From: a virus
Taxonomy: Duplodnaviria > Caudoviricetes
IMG/VR virus record: IMGVR_UViG_2854744553_000002
Span: 2,106-66,105 of that record
DNA: 64,000 bases
Reading direction: 5' to 3' (one strand)
A model generated the notes under the pieces. The model searched no databases and was not told the DNA's origin. It worked only from the letters and a program-made list of their open reading frames with translations. The translations under genes and the position numbers were made by a program. Of the stretch, positions 28,405 to 38,371 are shown in pieces (positions within the stretch are counted from its first letter, which is position 1; each line of letters opens with the position of its first letter).

Positions 28405-29769
28405 TTACACCCCCAACAAGTCAGGCAAAGCCGACTGGATGCGCTCTTGCTCCGTCTCCCAGTCCAGATCCGGCGACAGGATGCCGCGACGCTGCAGCTC
28501 GTTGAAATACGTCTCGCCCGAGATTTTCCCGCTGGCGGCGCTCTTGAACAGCAGCTCAGCACTGGCCTCGGCCAGCGATGCGGCGCCGAAGTCCTTGAAA
28601 ATGGTGATATGACCGCCTTCGCCCTCCCCCACCCATTCAGCCATGAACTGCAGCGCCTGGTCGCCGGCATCCTCAACGTTGCCCGCGATCTTCTGCAACG
28701 CGCATGCGCCCTGCTCGTTGTCGGCCAGGGTCTGGCTCTCGGTCACGTTGCCCGGCTTGATCACCAGCAGCTCGGCGCCAGCCTGGCGCATGCGGTCTTC
28801 CAGGTCGAGGATAGACAGGCGGCCGGCTTCGATGGCCTTGCCGCCGTGCTCCACGAATTTCAGGTCACCCTCTGGCGATTCCGACTTAACTGCACTGCCG
28901 GCGCCGACGGTGATGCCGCCCTCGCCCAGCATCTTGGCAAACAGGATCGGCACGCGCGCGACGTGCAAAATATTCTGCTGGTCGCTCTTGCTTTGCCAGT
29001 GCTCGATGTTGCTGTGCGCCAGTTCCAGCAACGGCGGCGTGGCCTGCATGTAGCCCAGGCGCTTGCCGTAGACGGGCACGAATGGGATGATTTTCAGGCT
29101 GGTGACGCCCTCTTCGTACAACGCCCACTCCTTCTTGCTGCCAGTCTCGCTCTGGCGCCAGGTCTGCCAGGTGCCGCGCCCGAGGACGCGCACCTGCTCG
29201 ATTTCCTTGGTGTCGAAGTCGCCATTCGGCTCGGACACGCTTTCCAGCAACCGCAGCTGGGTCAGCCCGTCAAGGCTGGTCGCATTCTTCGGCAGCCAAC
29301 CCAGGACGTTTTGCACATGCACCTGAACGAAGTACGGGCGCACGCCAGCGGCCTGCTCGTCGGCTTTCGTGACCAGGTTGCCAGCCTTGGGAAAGTCGAC
29401 CAAGATGCCAGCAAAGCCGTAGCCCATTGCCTCCTGGGTGATCTCCGACAGGAAGCTATGCAGGTCGCGGCCGGACAGGTCGACATTTTGCAGCCAGGGC
29501 TTGAGCCGTTCCGGCACGTCCTCGCCCAGCGTCACCGGCTTGCTGAACGGCTTGGCCGACAGCACATCGATGGTGCGGGCGTAGGCCGGGAACAGCGTGG
29601 CCACGGCCAGGCGCAGATCATAGCTTCCAGCGTCCTCGCCCGGCCACTGCGGCAAATACTTCTTGCCTGCGGCCCGCATGGTCTTGGTGCCGCCCAGCAG
29701 CGCGGCAATCAGCGCGCAATCCTCGTTCAGCTTGGCCGCTTCGGCTGATTGTGTGCGTACATCGGTCAT
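28405..29769 (-). CDS. Portal protein (DUF4055-like)
   Basis: 454 aa after terL; LLGGT..MRAAG..YLP and PPLLELA motifs. Confidence 0.9.
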   Translation of the reverse strand: MTDVRTQSAEAAKLNEDCALIAALLGGTKTMRAAGKKYLPQWPGEDAGSYDLRLAVATLFPAYARTIDVLSAKPFSKPVTLGEDVPERLKPWLQNVDLSGRDLHSFLSEITQEAMGYGFAGILVDFPKAGNLVTKADEQAAGVRPYFVQVHVQNVLGWLPKNATSLDGLTQLRLLESVSEPNGDFDTKEIEQVRVLGRGTWQTWRQSETGSKKEWALYEEGVTSLKIIPFVPVYGKRLGYMQATPPLLELAHSNIEHWQSKSDQQNILHVARVPILFAKMLGEGGITVGAGSAVKSESPEGDLKFVEHGGKAIEAGRLSILDLEDRMRQAGAELLVIKPGNVTESQTLADNEQGACALQKIAGNVEDAGDQALQFMAEWVGEGEGGHITIFKDFGAASLAEASAELLFKSAASGKISGETYFNELQRRGILSPDLDWETEQERIQSALPDLLGV

Positions 29770-29783
29770 GGAAGTCCTTGTTG

Positions 29784-31070
29784 TTACATGCGCAGCGGCG
29801 CGGTGGTCGTCGTGCTCTTTACGATTGGATAGCGCTTCACAAGGAAGTAGCCGTTCGCATCGTTCGGGTGATCATGGCCAGATTTCTTGTCCGGCTGGCC
29901 GTCGGCGCCCCACACCTGCTGCTCCAGCGCCTCGGTGGTGGTCGGGCACTGGTCGGTGTTGATCTTCCAGCGGCGCTCGCCCTGGGCGTTCAGGATCATC
30001 CCGTTGTAGGCGTTGACCCGGTCCTTGACCGCAGGGTTTGAGTGGTTCACTTCAAGAATGAAGCCGGCCTGGCGCAAGATGGACAGGTCGGATTCGCTGG
30101 CGTTCTTGCTGCTGGTATTCTGGCCGGACGCATCCGGGAAAATCTTCACCTGGTGGCCTTTGTCCTTGAAATCTTCCTTCAGGATCCGGGCCATGGCCGG
30201 CGTATCACGCACTTGCACGCGCTCGGCCAGTGTGCGCGGCAGCCCTTCCCGGACCACATTGATGCAGGCAGTCATGTTCTGCACGTTGAAGTCGAGGCCC
30301 ACCATCAGCGGCTCACCGGGCAGGATCATCTCGTTCGTGTGGTTCAGCGCGCGGTCGAAGTCGGCATACACGCTGCCGCTGGACAGGTTGGTGAACTTGC
30401 CGCGCAGGTATGCGTCGATCAGCGCCGGCGGATAGCTGGCCATCAGCGACGGAATGTAGTCGTCTGGCAGGTTCAGCTCGTTGTCGAAGGTGCTGGCCTG
30501 GATCAGGCCGTACAGACTGGCCAGCTCAGGCTTGTCCCGGATGGCCTTCACGAACTGCTGATAGACGAACTTGAAACCCTCGGGCGTCGTCGTCACGTCG
30601 ATGCCGTTCATGAGGCCCGGCACCTTGTAGCGCATCCGGGCGATGATCTTGCGCCACGCCGTCTGCGCCTTCTTCAGCGGCATCACGTCCAGTTCATCGA
30701 TCAGCGCGTGGCCGATCTTGAAGCCGACGATGGTTTCCGGCTTTTCCATCGAGCGGCAGATAACCGTGCCCCGGTAGCGGCGGCCCTCGTACACCTCGAC
30801 CTCGTGGTCGCCCTGCTTCACCTTGATTCGCAGGCCCATCGCATAGGCCACCTCCTCCATCGTGGGATAGAAGATGTCGCGGATCTGCGGATAGGTCGGC
30901 GCGAAGTAGCCCTGATTAATGCCCGGCCACTGCCAGAAGTGAGCACAGATGCCAGCGCAGCCCACAAACGTCTTGCCCGAACCAAACCCGGCCACGTAGG
31001 CCTTGAACTTGTGCGGCAGCTGCAGGAAGCTCGATTGCGGGACGTTCAGGTCAAACTGGATTGTCGTCAT
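29784..31070 (-). CDS. terL: Terminase large subunit
   Basis: AGFGSGKT Walker A, LIDE Walker B, GLDFN and DHPNDA nuclease motifs. Confidence 0.95.
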   Translation of the reverse strand: MTTIQFDLNVPQSSFLQLPHKFKAYVAGFGSGKTFVGCAGICAHFWQWPGINQGYFAPTYPQIRDIFYPTMEEVAYAMGLRIKVKQGDHEVEVYEGRRYRGTVICRSMEKPETIVGFKIGHALIDELDVMPLKKAQTAWRKIIARMRYKVPGLMNGIDVTTTPEGFKFVYQQFVKAIRDKPELASLYGLIQASTFDNELNLPDDYIPSLMASYPPALIDAYLRGKFTNLSSGSVYADFDRALNHTNEMILPGEPLMVGLDFNVQNMTACINVVREGLPRTLAERVQVRDTPAMARILKEDFKDKGHQVKIFPDASGQNTSSKNASESDLSILRQAGFILEVNHSNPAVKDRVNAYNGMILNAQGERRWKINTDQCPTTTEALEQQVWGADGQPDKKSGHDHPNDANGYFLVKRYPIVKSTTTTAPLRM

Positions 31071-31512
31071 GGCGCTTGGCGTCTTTCACGCCGAAGGTGA
31101 TGGCGACAGGTGTGGGCGCCTGGTCGGCCTGCTCGGCCTTGCCCTTGTTCACGTAGATGTCGCCCACTTCCTTGGCGGCCTGCTCATAAAGGCTGGCCAC
31201 CAGCGGCAAGTTGCGCATGTTCTCAGCCTTCTGAGCCAGGCGGCCCAGGCCACGCAAGCGGAATGCCTTGCTGGCAATCGGGATTTCCTCAGCAGTGGCG
31301 CGGAACTTGGCCCGCGTCTCTTCAAAGATCGTCCGCCATTTCTGGCTCAGGTTACGGCCGACGTAAGTGTTCGGGTCATACAGCGACACCTGCTGGCGCG
31401 GCACATCGAGGCCGAATTCTTCCTTTACTGCTATCGAAACCTGCGTCGGCGAGTCGAAACAGGCCAGCGCGTTGACGATGTACAGCTTCACCTCGTCCTT
31501 GAGTGCGGCCAT
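31051..31512 (-). CDS. terS: Terminase small subunit (DUF2280-like)
   Basis: MAALKDEVKLYIVNALACFDSP...EQAAKEVG; overlaps terL. Confidence 0.85.
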   Translation of the reverse strand: MAALKDEVKLYIVNALACFDSPTQVSIAVKEEFGLDVPRQQVSLYDPNTYVGRNLSQKWRTIFEETRAKFRATAEEIPIASKAFRLRGLGRLAQKAENMRNLPLVASLYEQAAKEVGDIYVNKGKAEQADQAPTPVAITFGVKDAKRHDDNPV

Positions 31513-31542
31513 GTTTTAGTTTCCTGTAAAGCAACGTAAAGG

Positions 31543-32184
31543 CTACGCAGCCTTTAGAAGACACGTTCCGCACGCCCTCGCTATGTTGATTCTCGCCACT
31601 TCTGGCGGTGTCTTTGCTGCGTCGATGATGCGCTGCACGTCCTCACTGGCACCGTATCTCCGGACCACGCCGACGAACTCTTCGACGTCATGGCCGCGCA
31701 TGCACAGCTTCGGCAACCCGTACTTGTTGAAGGCTGGCGCGCCGAATTCATCCAGCTCCTGGGCGATGTGATAAAGCTCGTGCTCGAGCAGCGCACAGAA
31801 TTCGGCGTCGCTGCAGGTCAGGCAATACGATGCGTCCAGGGTGATGAGGAAGGCCGGCACCGCGCCGAACCAGTCGGCCATCTGCTGTTGCTGGCGGCCC
31901 TTCTGCCACGGCCCGCATCGGAACGTCACTTCCTCGCACTGGCCCTGTACGGTGCGGCCTTGCTTCTGGAAACTGCCAGGCGCCCATAGGAACTGGACGT
32001 CGGCATATTCCAGGTGGGCGTGGTCTTCGTTATAGAGCGCGCCGCCTTCGCTGAGGATGGTTGCGCGCGCCCACTTGAGCACCTCGGGCGCGGGCAGGTA
32101 GCGATTATTCAGCGGGTCGCTGAATTCGCGCAGCGGCATCGGTCGCGCCGACATGGGCGCGGTGGCATCACGGCGTTTTTTCAC
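31543..32184 (-). CDS. Putative phage metallopeptidase
   Basis: HELYH (HExxH) and HDVEEF motifs; start codon uncertain. Confidence 0.8.
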   Translation of the reverse strand: MKKRRDATAPMSARPMPLREFSDPLNNRYLPAPEVLKWARATILSEGGALYNEDHAHLEYADVQFLWAPGSFQKQGRTVQGQCEEVTFRCGPWQKGRQQQQMADWFGAVPAFLITLDASYCLTCSDAEFCALLEHELYHIAQELDEFGAPAFNKYGLPKLCMRGHDVEEFVGVVRRYGASEDVQRIIDAAKTPPEVARINIARACGTCLLKAA

Positions 32185-32501
32185 TCCGATTATCCTAATG
32201 TGAATCGCATAAAATGCTGGAATCCATTCATTGAATTTCTGGATAACCAACTATTCATCATGCTGCAACACCCATTTTCCGACGATAGTGGAGCTAGTTG
32301 GAGGTTAAGGTAAAACAAATGAATGTGTTAAAAGTGTTCGTCATTGCTGGCCGCCATTCATCTATTCGTCAATAAAACGCCGTTCAAAAAACATCCAGCG
32401 CATCGAGTAAGAAGAAATCTGCAGCTAAAAAACTATCGATTAATGGAGCACAGCGGAGTACTTGTCATATAATTCATTAAACCAAATTTAGGAGAGAACC
32501 T

Positions 32502-33632
32502 GTGAGCATGATAAAAAATGCAATTGATGCACTAGAAACAACTCATGATATATACCGAACCTGTGTAGAGCTACTCAGTGTTTTTATAGAAAAAAATAAA
32601 TCTAGACTAAACGACAATTCAATTGTAAATTTATTAAGAGCAAGAGATAGCTTCAACGAATATTTCGATAGAAGTGAACTCTCAATAGAGGACATTCCGG
32701 TAGCGATGAAGAATCTTCTAATATTTTTAACAAATATTGAAAAAGCAATTTCCGACATAGACAAGAAGGCCAGTACGGCCGTTTCTGGAGGTTTAGATGA
32801 AATTGAAAAGTATGTTGGAATGTCTATTTACAAAACAAGAAGACTAATTGAAGAATTCTCTCCAAAAGACATTCTTGAAAATCAAGAATCAAAATTGCAA
32901 AACTTAAAAAAAGTTACTAATTCAATAGAATCAAAAATTGAAAAACTAAATGAAATTATAAAAAAATCAAGTGACGAAATTCAAGCCCTATCAGCAACAA
33001 CCGACAACCACAAATTAACAATTGAGAAACTAAGCGAATTTAATGAAGTTAGGCTGAATGAACTAGAGGAGATATATAAAAAAAGAATTTCCGATCTAGA
33101 CATTCAACAAACAAAAGTAAATGAGACCGTAGGATTGATTGCAGGTGCTGCGATTATGGGGAAATATGAAAAAAATGCCCTTGCAGAACGAGAAGTCGCC
33201 AACAGCCTTCGACGTTACGCAATCGGCATTATGTCTGGAGTTATTATCCTAATGGCATACTCCTTTCACCAAATAACCACCACTGATTTCGATCTAAAAG
33301 AAAACGTACTACGCACAATCCTTGCCCTGTTCCTATCGATTCCAGCCGCTTATCTGGCGCGAGAATCTGCCAAACATCGCAAACAAGAATATACCCACTT
33401 ACAAACGGCTCTTGATTTAGCTGCATTTTCACCATACATTGAATCGCTACCTGCAGAAACACAGCATAAACTGAAGGAGGAAATGGCATCTCGTATATTC
33501 ACCGCTCGAAACTTTGATTACGTAACCAAAGAAAGCTACCCACTAAATATGCAGGAATTAATAATCGCAATCATGGATAAAATACCTAACAGGGAGCAAC
33601 AAGAAGAAGAGAAAAAGCCTTCCAAGACATGA
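32502..33632 (+). CDS. AT-rich coiled-coil protein with two TM segments (moron)
   Basis: TATAAT at 32468, AGGAG RBS, long heptad region, two hydrophobic helices, opposite to the late operon. Confidence 0.85.
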   Translation: MSMIKNAIDALETTHDIYRTCVELLSVFIEKNKSRLNDNSIVNLLRARDSFNEYFDRSELSIEDIPVAMKNLLIFLTNIEKAISDIDKKASTAVSGGLDEIEKYVGMSIYKTRRLIEEFSPKDILENQESKLQNLKKVTNSIESKIEKLNEIIKKSSDEIQALSATTDNHKLTIEKLSEFNEVRLNELEEIYKKRISDLDIQQTKVNETVGLIAGAAIMGKYEKNALAEREVANSLRRYAIGIMSGVIILMAYSFHQITTTDFDLKENVLRTILALFLSIPAAYLARESAKHRKQEYTHLQTALDLAAFSPYIESLPAETQHKLKEEMASRIFTARNFDYVTKESYPLNMQELIIAIMDKIPNREQQEEEKKPSKT

Positions 33633-33679
33633 GTAATAGATGCATCCAATTAAACGCAGAATTTATTGAAAATGAAAAT

Positions 33680-33707
33680 AAAAAAGCCACATCGAGGTGG
33701 CTTTTTT
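33680..33707. terminator. Bidirectional intrinsic terminator (tR'-like on the minus strand)
   Basis: AAAAAAGCCAC-ATCGAG-GTGGCTTTTTT. Confidence 0.85.
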
Positions 33708-33845
33708 AATAGAATTATGGGTACATGAGAAAATTAAGGCGAGCAGGTACGACGCTGGGTCCGGGTACTGTCGCGAGTTCCAGCTATCGGTGGCGCGATG
33801 CGCACATTACGATTTCCGGAAGAATTTTCTTGAACTGAGGCCTGA

Positions 33846-33878
33846 AGTATACCGCAGAAATACTGTTTGTAAACACAG
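33846..33878 (-). promoter_or_regulatory. Putative late promoter (pR'-like) overlapped by a CTGT-N8-ACAG box
   Basis: TTTACA-16 bp-TATACT on the minus strand just after the Q-like gene; CTGTTTGTAAACACAG at 33863-33878. Confidence 0.6.
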
Positions 33879-33896
33879 GCTTAAAGAAAACCTGCG

Positions 33897-34439
33897 CTAC
33901 ATGTCTCCGCCGCGTAACAAACCTCCCGCCCGGCCGGAATGACTGTCATGAATGGAGCTCAGCTCGCTGACCATATCCTTGACGCGCTCCAGCTCCAGGC
34001 CGGCCGCACCGTAGACGGGCGCGACGCCGGTTCCTTTGCAGCTCGTGCAAATGCCATTGCCCAGCAGAACCTTGACGCCGGTACCGCTGCAGCCCTTGCA
34101 CGTGCTGTCCAGCCAGTGCGCCAGCGACTTCTCTGCCACGCGCCGGTACAGCGCCTGCGCCGCTTGTGCATCCCATGCTGTGTTCGCCGGTACCCAGCGC
34201 CGCGTCTGGCCACGCCGGATCACCTCAGCAGTCCAGATGCGCAGCAGCTGCGCCAGGTTGCCCGCATTGCCTTCAAACATTTTCGTGAGCGTACCGTCGG
34301 CATATTTCACGCGACACAGCAGCGCACCGATATCGCCGGCCAAGGCAGCGGCGGCCAGCGGCTCGGTCTGGTGGTGCTGCGCGTCGTCCAGCAGATTGGA
34401 CGACCCGATTGAAGCGATGTAGCGATCTGCGAAACCCAT
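33897..34439 (-). CDS. Q-like late antiterminator
   Basis: CKGCSGTG...CTSCKGTG zinc finger; last early gene before the late operon. Confidence 0.7.
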   Translation of the reverse strand: MGFADRYIASIGSSNLLDDAQHHQTEPLAAAALAGDIGALLCRVKYADGTLTKMFEGNAGNLAQLLRIWTAEVIRRGQTRRWVPANTAWDAQAAQALYRRVAEKSLAHWLDSTCKGCSGTGVKVLLGNGICTSCKGTGVAPVYGAAGLELERVKDMVSELSSIHDSHSGRAGGLLRGGDM

Positions 34440-34579
34440 GGCATCTCCAAATAATGACCCTCCCACCATACCATACCATTCCAAATATTTTACAAAATAT
34501 ACCTAAAATCTAATAAAATTTTCTACTACACCGCGTTTGGCATGTTGCCACTTCAATACTTAAATTAAAAGAAATCAAA

Positions 34580-34837
34580 ATGTTAGATAAACGTATCACT
34601 GAACATCAAAGAATCCGCATTGATTACGAGAACGGCATTACAAGCCGCTCTAGCGTGAAACGGCAACTAGCGGTTCTAATAGAAAAATGCGAAAATGATA
34701 AAAATTCACCAAATTCAAATCAAACAAGTAAAGTCGGACTCAAGGATCTGATTGAATTATGCGTACAAAACATTAGAGATATGGACGGTGACAAAAATGA
34801 AATTGATTCTGCAACAGGTCCAGCTACAAAGACTTAG
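34580..34837 (+). CDS. Small AT-rich accessory protein
   Basis: 85-aa ORF in an AT-rich patch, followed by a 14-bp inverted repeat (34846-34879). Confidence 0.5.
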   Translation: MLDKRITEHQRIRIDYENGITSRSSVKRQLAVLIEKCENDKNSPNSNQTSKVGLKDLIELCVQNIRDMDGDKNEIDSATGPATKT

Positions 34838-34973
34838 GCAAACTATGTCTAAATAAAAAAATAAATTTTTATTTAGACAGCAGTTATTTTTAGATTGCCG
34901 TCGAAAAAACCATACTCAAGAATAGCGGAATCATATATGTCACTGATCGAGCACGGATTTTTGTTCGCACCCA

Positions 34974-35321
34974 TCAGAATTCCTCCGTCTTCCAGCCGCC
35001 GCCCAACCTCTTCGGCAGCGCCTGTACAGCGATAAAGCGCAGCGGGTACATGTCGGCCGCGATCTTGATCTTCGCGCGAGCGTCGTCTTGCCAGTGGCCT
35101 TTGACTTCGTGCGCCTCCAAGGCGCCGCCAGCCAGCAGCACGGCGAAGTCAGGCGTGTAAAAAGTGTTGTCCGCCAGGCGGAATTTCAGGCCTTCGAACT
35201 TATACCAAGCCACCTCGCCGGCGGCCTTGCGCAGCTCCAGCGTCCTGGCGTAGGCCGCCTCGGTCTGGTTCATGGCGCCGACCTTGAGGCGGCCCAGCGC
35301 CTGCAAGCCACGGGCCATCAT
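34974..35321 (-). CDS. PD-(D/E)XK nuclease (DUF1064-like)
   Basis: YTPDF...HEVKG motif. Confidence 0.8.
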   Translation of the reverse strand: MMARGLQALGRLKVGAMNQTEAAYARTLELRKAAGEVAWYKFEGLKFRLADNTFYTPDFAVLLAGGALEAHEVKGHWQDDARAKIKIAADMYPLRFIAVQALPKRLGGGWKTEEF

Positions 35322-35677
35322 GTGCAGACCACCAGTTCGGCGACGGCGCGCACCACGGCTGCGCGCGCAGCCGCATCGGGCGTGCTGAAGTCGCCCAGCA
35401 ACACCGGGAACTTCCCGTACATATCGTTTCTGTTGATGATGGCCACCACATCCCTGCCGTCATGCGACCATTCGAGATCGACGCGATACTCGACTACCAG
35501 CAGGCCGGCCGCCGCCCAGTCGCCCATCCAGTCCGGTACCATGGCCTGGCCGCGACTTGAAGCGGCGCCCGCCGGCGGCGTGCCAACCAGGGCGCCACCC
35601 ACCTCGACAATGCTGGACCAGCCCAGCAGCTCGGCCAGGCGTTTATTTGCTGCGATTTTGTTTTCTTGATTTTTCAT
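35318..35677 (-). CDS. Hypothetical phage protein
   Basis: 119 aa, coupled to the next gene; PDWMGDWAAAG. Confidence 0.7.
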   Translation of the reverse strand: MKNQENKIAANKRLAELLGWSSIVEVGGALVGTPPAGAASSRGQAMVPDWMGDWAAAGLLVVEYRVDLEWSHDGRDVVAIINRNDMYGKFPVLLGDFSTPDAAARAAVVRAVAELVVCT

Positions 35678-35713
35678 TTAAAGCCTTTTAAGCCGTTTTT
35701 TCTGATGGGTACG

Positions 35714-36607
35714 TCACTTCGTAGCGGCCATAGCCCTTGCGCAGTGCGGCGGCACCTCTGGCAAATCCTGAGCAGCATTCGCAGCCTGGACGCTCGGGCG
35801 TTTCCCCCTGTGCGACTCCCAATCGAAGACCACCAGCCTGCCGCCGCCCTCGCGCAGTCGGTCAAACGCCCGCGCACCCAGGAACTGCTCCAGGCCGGCA
35901 GCGTCCAGATTGCTGATGACGATGGTCGGGCGCGCCGCCTCGTAGCGGCCGTTGATGATTTCGAACAGGATCAGCTTCTCGGTGTCGCTGCCGTGTTGCA
36001 CGCCCACTTCGTCGAGGATCAGCAGATCAGGGTCGACCAAGTCGCGGATGGCCTGCGCCTCGGTGCGGCCCGCGCCCTTGGCGTAGGTCTCCTTGACGGA
36101 CCGCACGGCGCGCATCACCGAGGTGAAGACCGCTTGGCGGCCGTGCCCCATGATGTGGTGGGCGATTCCCACGGCCAAGTGCGTCTTGCCGGTACCGACA
36201 TCCCCAGCGAAGATCAGGCAGGCGCCAGTGGCCCGTGCATCTTCGAAGTTCTCGGCGTACCGAGTGGCCACGGCCAGCGCGCGCTCGGCGCCAGGGCAGT
36301 CCGGCCGGTACGATTCGAGGCGGCGATCAGCAAAACGCTCGGGAATAGCGGCACGGCCGAGCTTGGCGCTCCATTCGCGCGCCTTGAGCTCCTGGCGCCA
36401 GGCGGCGCGCTGCTCGGCCTCGCGTACCTGGTCCTCGACGTTCATGCAATCTGGGCAGCCGGACCAGGTGCCACGAATCAGCATGGCCGTGTACTCGCCG
36501 TGCATCGGGCACCGCTCGATCTGCGCGCTGGCGTAGCGCTTCTTGCCTTCAAAAGGTGCCATCTGCCCCAACGCCCTTGTGGTAATCCTGCTTGCCAAAT
36601 TTTCCAT
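35714..36607 (-). CDS. DnaC/IstB-like helicase loader ATPase
   Basis: GDVGTGKTHLA Walker A, LLILDEVG Walker B, PTIVISNL; N-terminal C/H zinc motif. Confidence 0.92.
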   Translation of the reverse strand: MENLASRITTRALGQMAPFEGKKRYASAQIERCPMHGEYTAMLIRGTWSGCPDCMNVEDQVREAEQRAAWRQELKAREWSAKLGRAAIPERFADRRLESYRPDCPGAERALAVATRYAENFEDARATGACLIFAGDVGTGKTHLAVGIAHHIMGHGRQAVFTSVMRAVRSVKETYAKGAGRTEAQAIRDLVDPDLLILDEVGVQHGSDTEKLILFEIINGRYEAARPTIVISNLDAAGLEQFLGARAFDRLREGGGRLVVFDWESHRGKRPSVQAANAAQDLPEVPPHCARAMAATK

Positions 36608-37613
36608 GAATGACGCCTTTTTGTGTTTGCGTTGCGCCGACTGCCCAGTCGGCCTTGTAGTGCTCGCCTGGCCCGAAGAACGTGGCCGGCTGTTTCGTGA
36701 ATTGCGGCTCGGTGCGCGAGAGCAGCACGTAATTCGCATACCGTTGCACGCCAGCAAGGAGCGCTTCGGCCGGTACGCCCTCCTTCCGGCGGGCCATCCA
36801 GCCCTTGTACGAGTCCTTTTTGCTTGCACCGGGGCGCGGCGGGTACGCTTGCCAGGCCGTTTCGAATTCTTCGGGGTAAGGCTCGGGAGGCGAAGCCGAC
36901 GAAGGTTTTAGGTTTACTGGTTTATGGTTATTGGTTATTGGTTCTTGGTTAGTGTGCGACCGGTTAGGCGACCCGGCATGCGACACTGAGGCGACTTGGT
37001 ATGCGACCTGTATGCGATCCATTGCCGATATAAGCAACGGTTCCTGTGCGACCTCAACAGGAAATTCCTCGCCGCTGCGCACATCGGCATACTCGGCGAG
37101 CAAATCACCCTCTGCATCGCCCATGCATGCGACCGCGACCTGGTGCAGTACGAAGGCCTGTTTGCCATATTTGCTGCGCAGTTGATGCAGACGGCTTTTC
37201 ATGTTTGCAGTGACCCCGACCTTGACGGTCGTGGGGCTGACGCGCACGGCATACATGACGCCCTCGCCCGGCATGTATCGGCCGTTCTGATACCTGGTCG
37301 CGGCACTCTTCTTGCCGTTCGCCTTTGCGGTCTCAGCTTTAGCCTGATAGTCCGCAATCACCTGCTCGCAGACGTCGTGCCGGTAGCCCGCATCTGTCTT
37401 GAGGAACTTGAAGCGAAGCAGTCGCTCGACAATCGCGCGCTCGTCCGCCGCCTCGACGCCCAAGGCGTCGCACAGCACATCTATGTCGAGCGGAAGTGGC
37501 GCCTCGACGTCGTAGTAGACGTCCATCATGTCGCGATATATCCAGCGCGCCTGGCGAGACATATTCACCGTACCTGAGCGGAAATCGCCGATGTGGAAGG
37601 GGTAATAATTCAA
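36549..37613 (-). CDS. Replication initiator (YdaU/DUF1376-like) with an internal GIY-YIG/T5orf172-like domain
   Basis: MNYYPFHIGDF N-terminus; MYAVR...VKVGVT...RLHQL insertion; FETAWQAYP C-terminal domain. Confidence 0.85.
   Translation of the reverse strand: MNYYPFHIGDFRSGTVNMSRQARWIYRDMMDVYYDVEAPLPLDIDVLCDALGVEAADERAIVERLLRFKFLKTDAGYRHDVCEQVIADYQAKAETAKANGKKSAATRYQNGRYMPGEGVMYAVRVSPTTVKVGVTANMKSRLHQLRSKYGKQAFVLHQVAVACMGDAEGDLLAEYADVRSGEEFPVEVAQEPLLISAMDRIQVAYQVASVSHAGSPNRSHTNQEPITNNHKPVNLKPSSASPPEPYPEEFETAWQAYPPRPGASKKDSYKGWMARRKEGVPAEALLAGVQRYANYVLLSRTEPQFTKQPATFFGPGEHYKADWAVGATQTQKGVIHGKFGKQDYHKGVGADGTF
36903..37020. repeat. Putative replication origin: iterons plus a strand-biased tract
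   Basis: GCGA(C/T) cores at 36956, 36968, 36980, 36991, 37003 and 37014 (11-12 bp period) beside repeated TGGTT units. Confidence 0.7.
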
Positions 37614-38371
37614 GGCCGGGCCTCCATAAACAGTGATTCTTGAATCGGCGCTGACTTGCGGTTCCAGAAAGTGAGCGCCTGGTGCGACTCGATCCGCTCG
37701 CGCATGATCGCCGCCCTCGCCTCCTTGGTTGGCGGCGTGTAGGTGCCGCGCCAGGCCGAATCAATACCCACGTTTTGCCCGATGTTCGTGCTGTCGGCAC
37801 TGGCGAACGGGAAGCGTGAGAAGATGGCTGGGTCGAGCATACGCAGGCCGTGCAGCTTGCAGGCTGGCCGGCCAGATTTATCGCAGATGACGTCCATAGC
37901 CTGCGCCATGCGCGTCCACCATGCCGGCGTACCGATCTGCGCAAACTCGCCCGAACTGCCAAGGCAGATGCGCGGCCATTCGTTGACGAGGCAGTCCAGG
38001 CGGCCCAGCGATTCGTGCAAATGCCACACTGGCGCGCCAACATGCGGTGCCGACGTGCGCCAGGGCCATTCGGCCAGCAACGCGTCGTTGTTGACCTCGC
38101 TGCCATCGATGACGTCAGGGATTACCGCGAAATCGAAATTTGGGTAACGGTGCAACTCGCCCACCCATTCGTAAAAAAGTGACCAGTCTGTGATCGGCTG
38201 GCCGCTGCGCCAGGCTGAAAACGCCCCATTGTCGACGGCGAACGACTGCGCCACCTCCAAGGCGATGGTCAGCTGTTCTGGATGGCGGAATGAAACGAAG
38301 GCGTGCCCGCCACTGACGGCCCGCACAGCGGCCGTGGCCGGCGTGATGGGTAATCCGTGATAATGGATCAT
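37610..38371 (-). CDS. Putative TGT/DpdA-like fold protein
   Basis: DNGAFS, PDVI, PVWH, HGL and SADST motifs in TGT-barrel order. Confidence 0.55.
   Translation of the reverse strand: MIHYHGLPITPATAAVRAVSGGHAFVSFRHPEQLTIALEVAQSFAVDNGAFSAWRSGQPITDWSLFYEWVGELHRYPNFDFAVIPDVIDGSEVNNDALLAEWPWRTSAPHVGAPVWHLHESLGRLDCLVNEWPRICLGSSGEFAQIGTPAWWTRMAQAMDVICDKSGRPACKLHGLRMLDPAIFSRFPFASADSTNIGQNVGIDSAWRGTYTPPTKEARAAIMRERIESHQALTFWNRKSAPIQESLFMEARP

Noticed and set aside
34440-34974. Bridge ORF across the backwards 34580-34837 gene
   Set aside because: The minus-strand frame coupled to the DUF1064 stop ends after 33 codons, so this insert is a counter-example to the bridge pattern.
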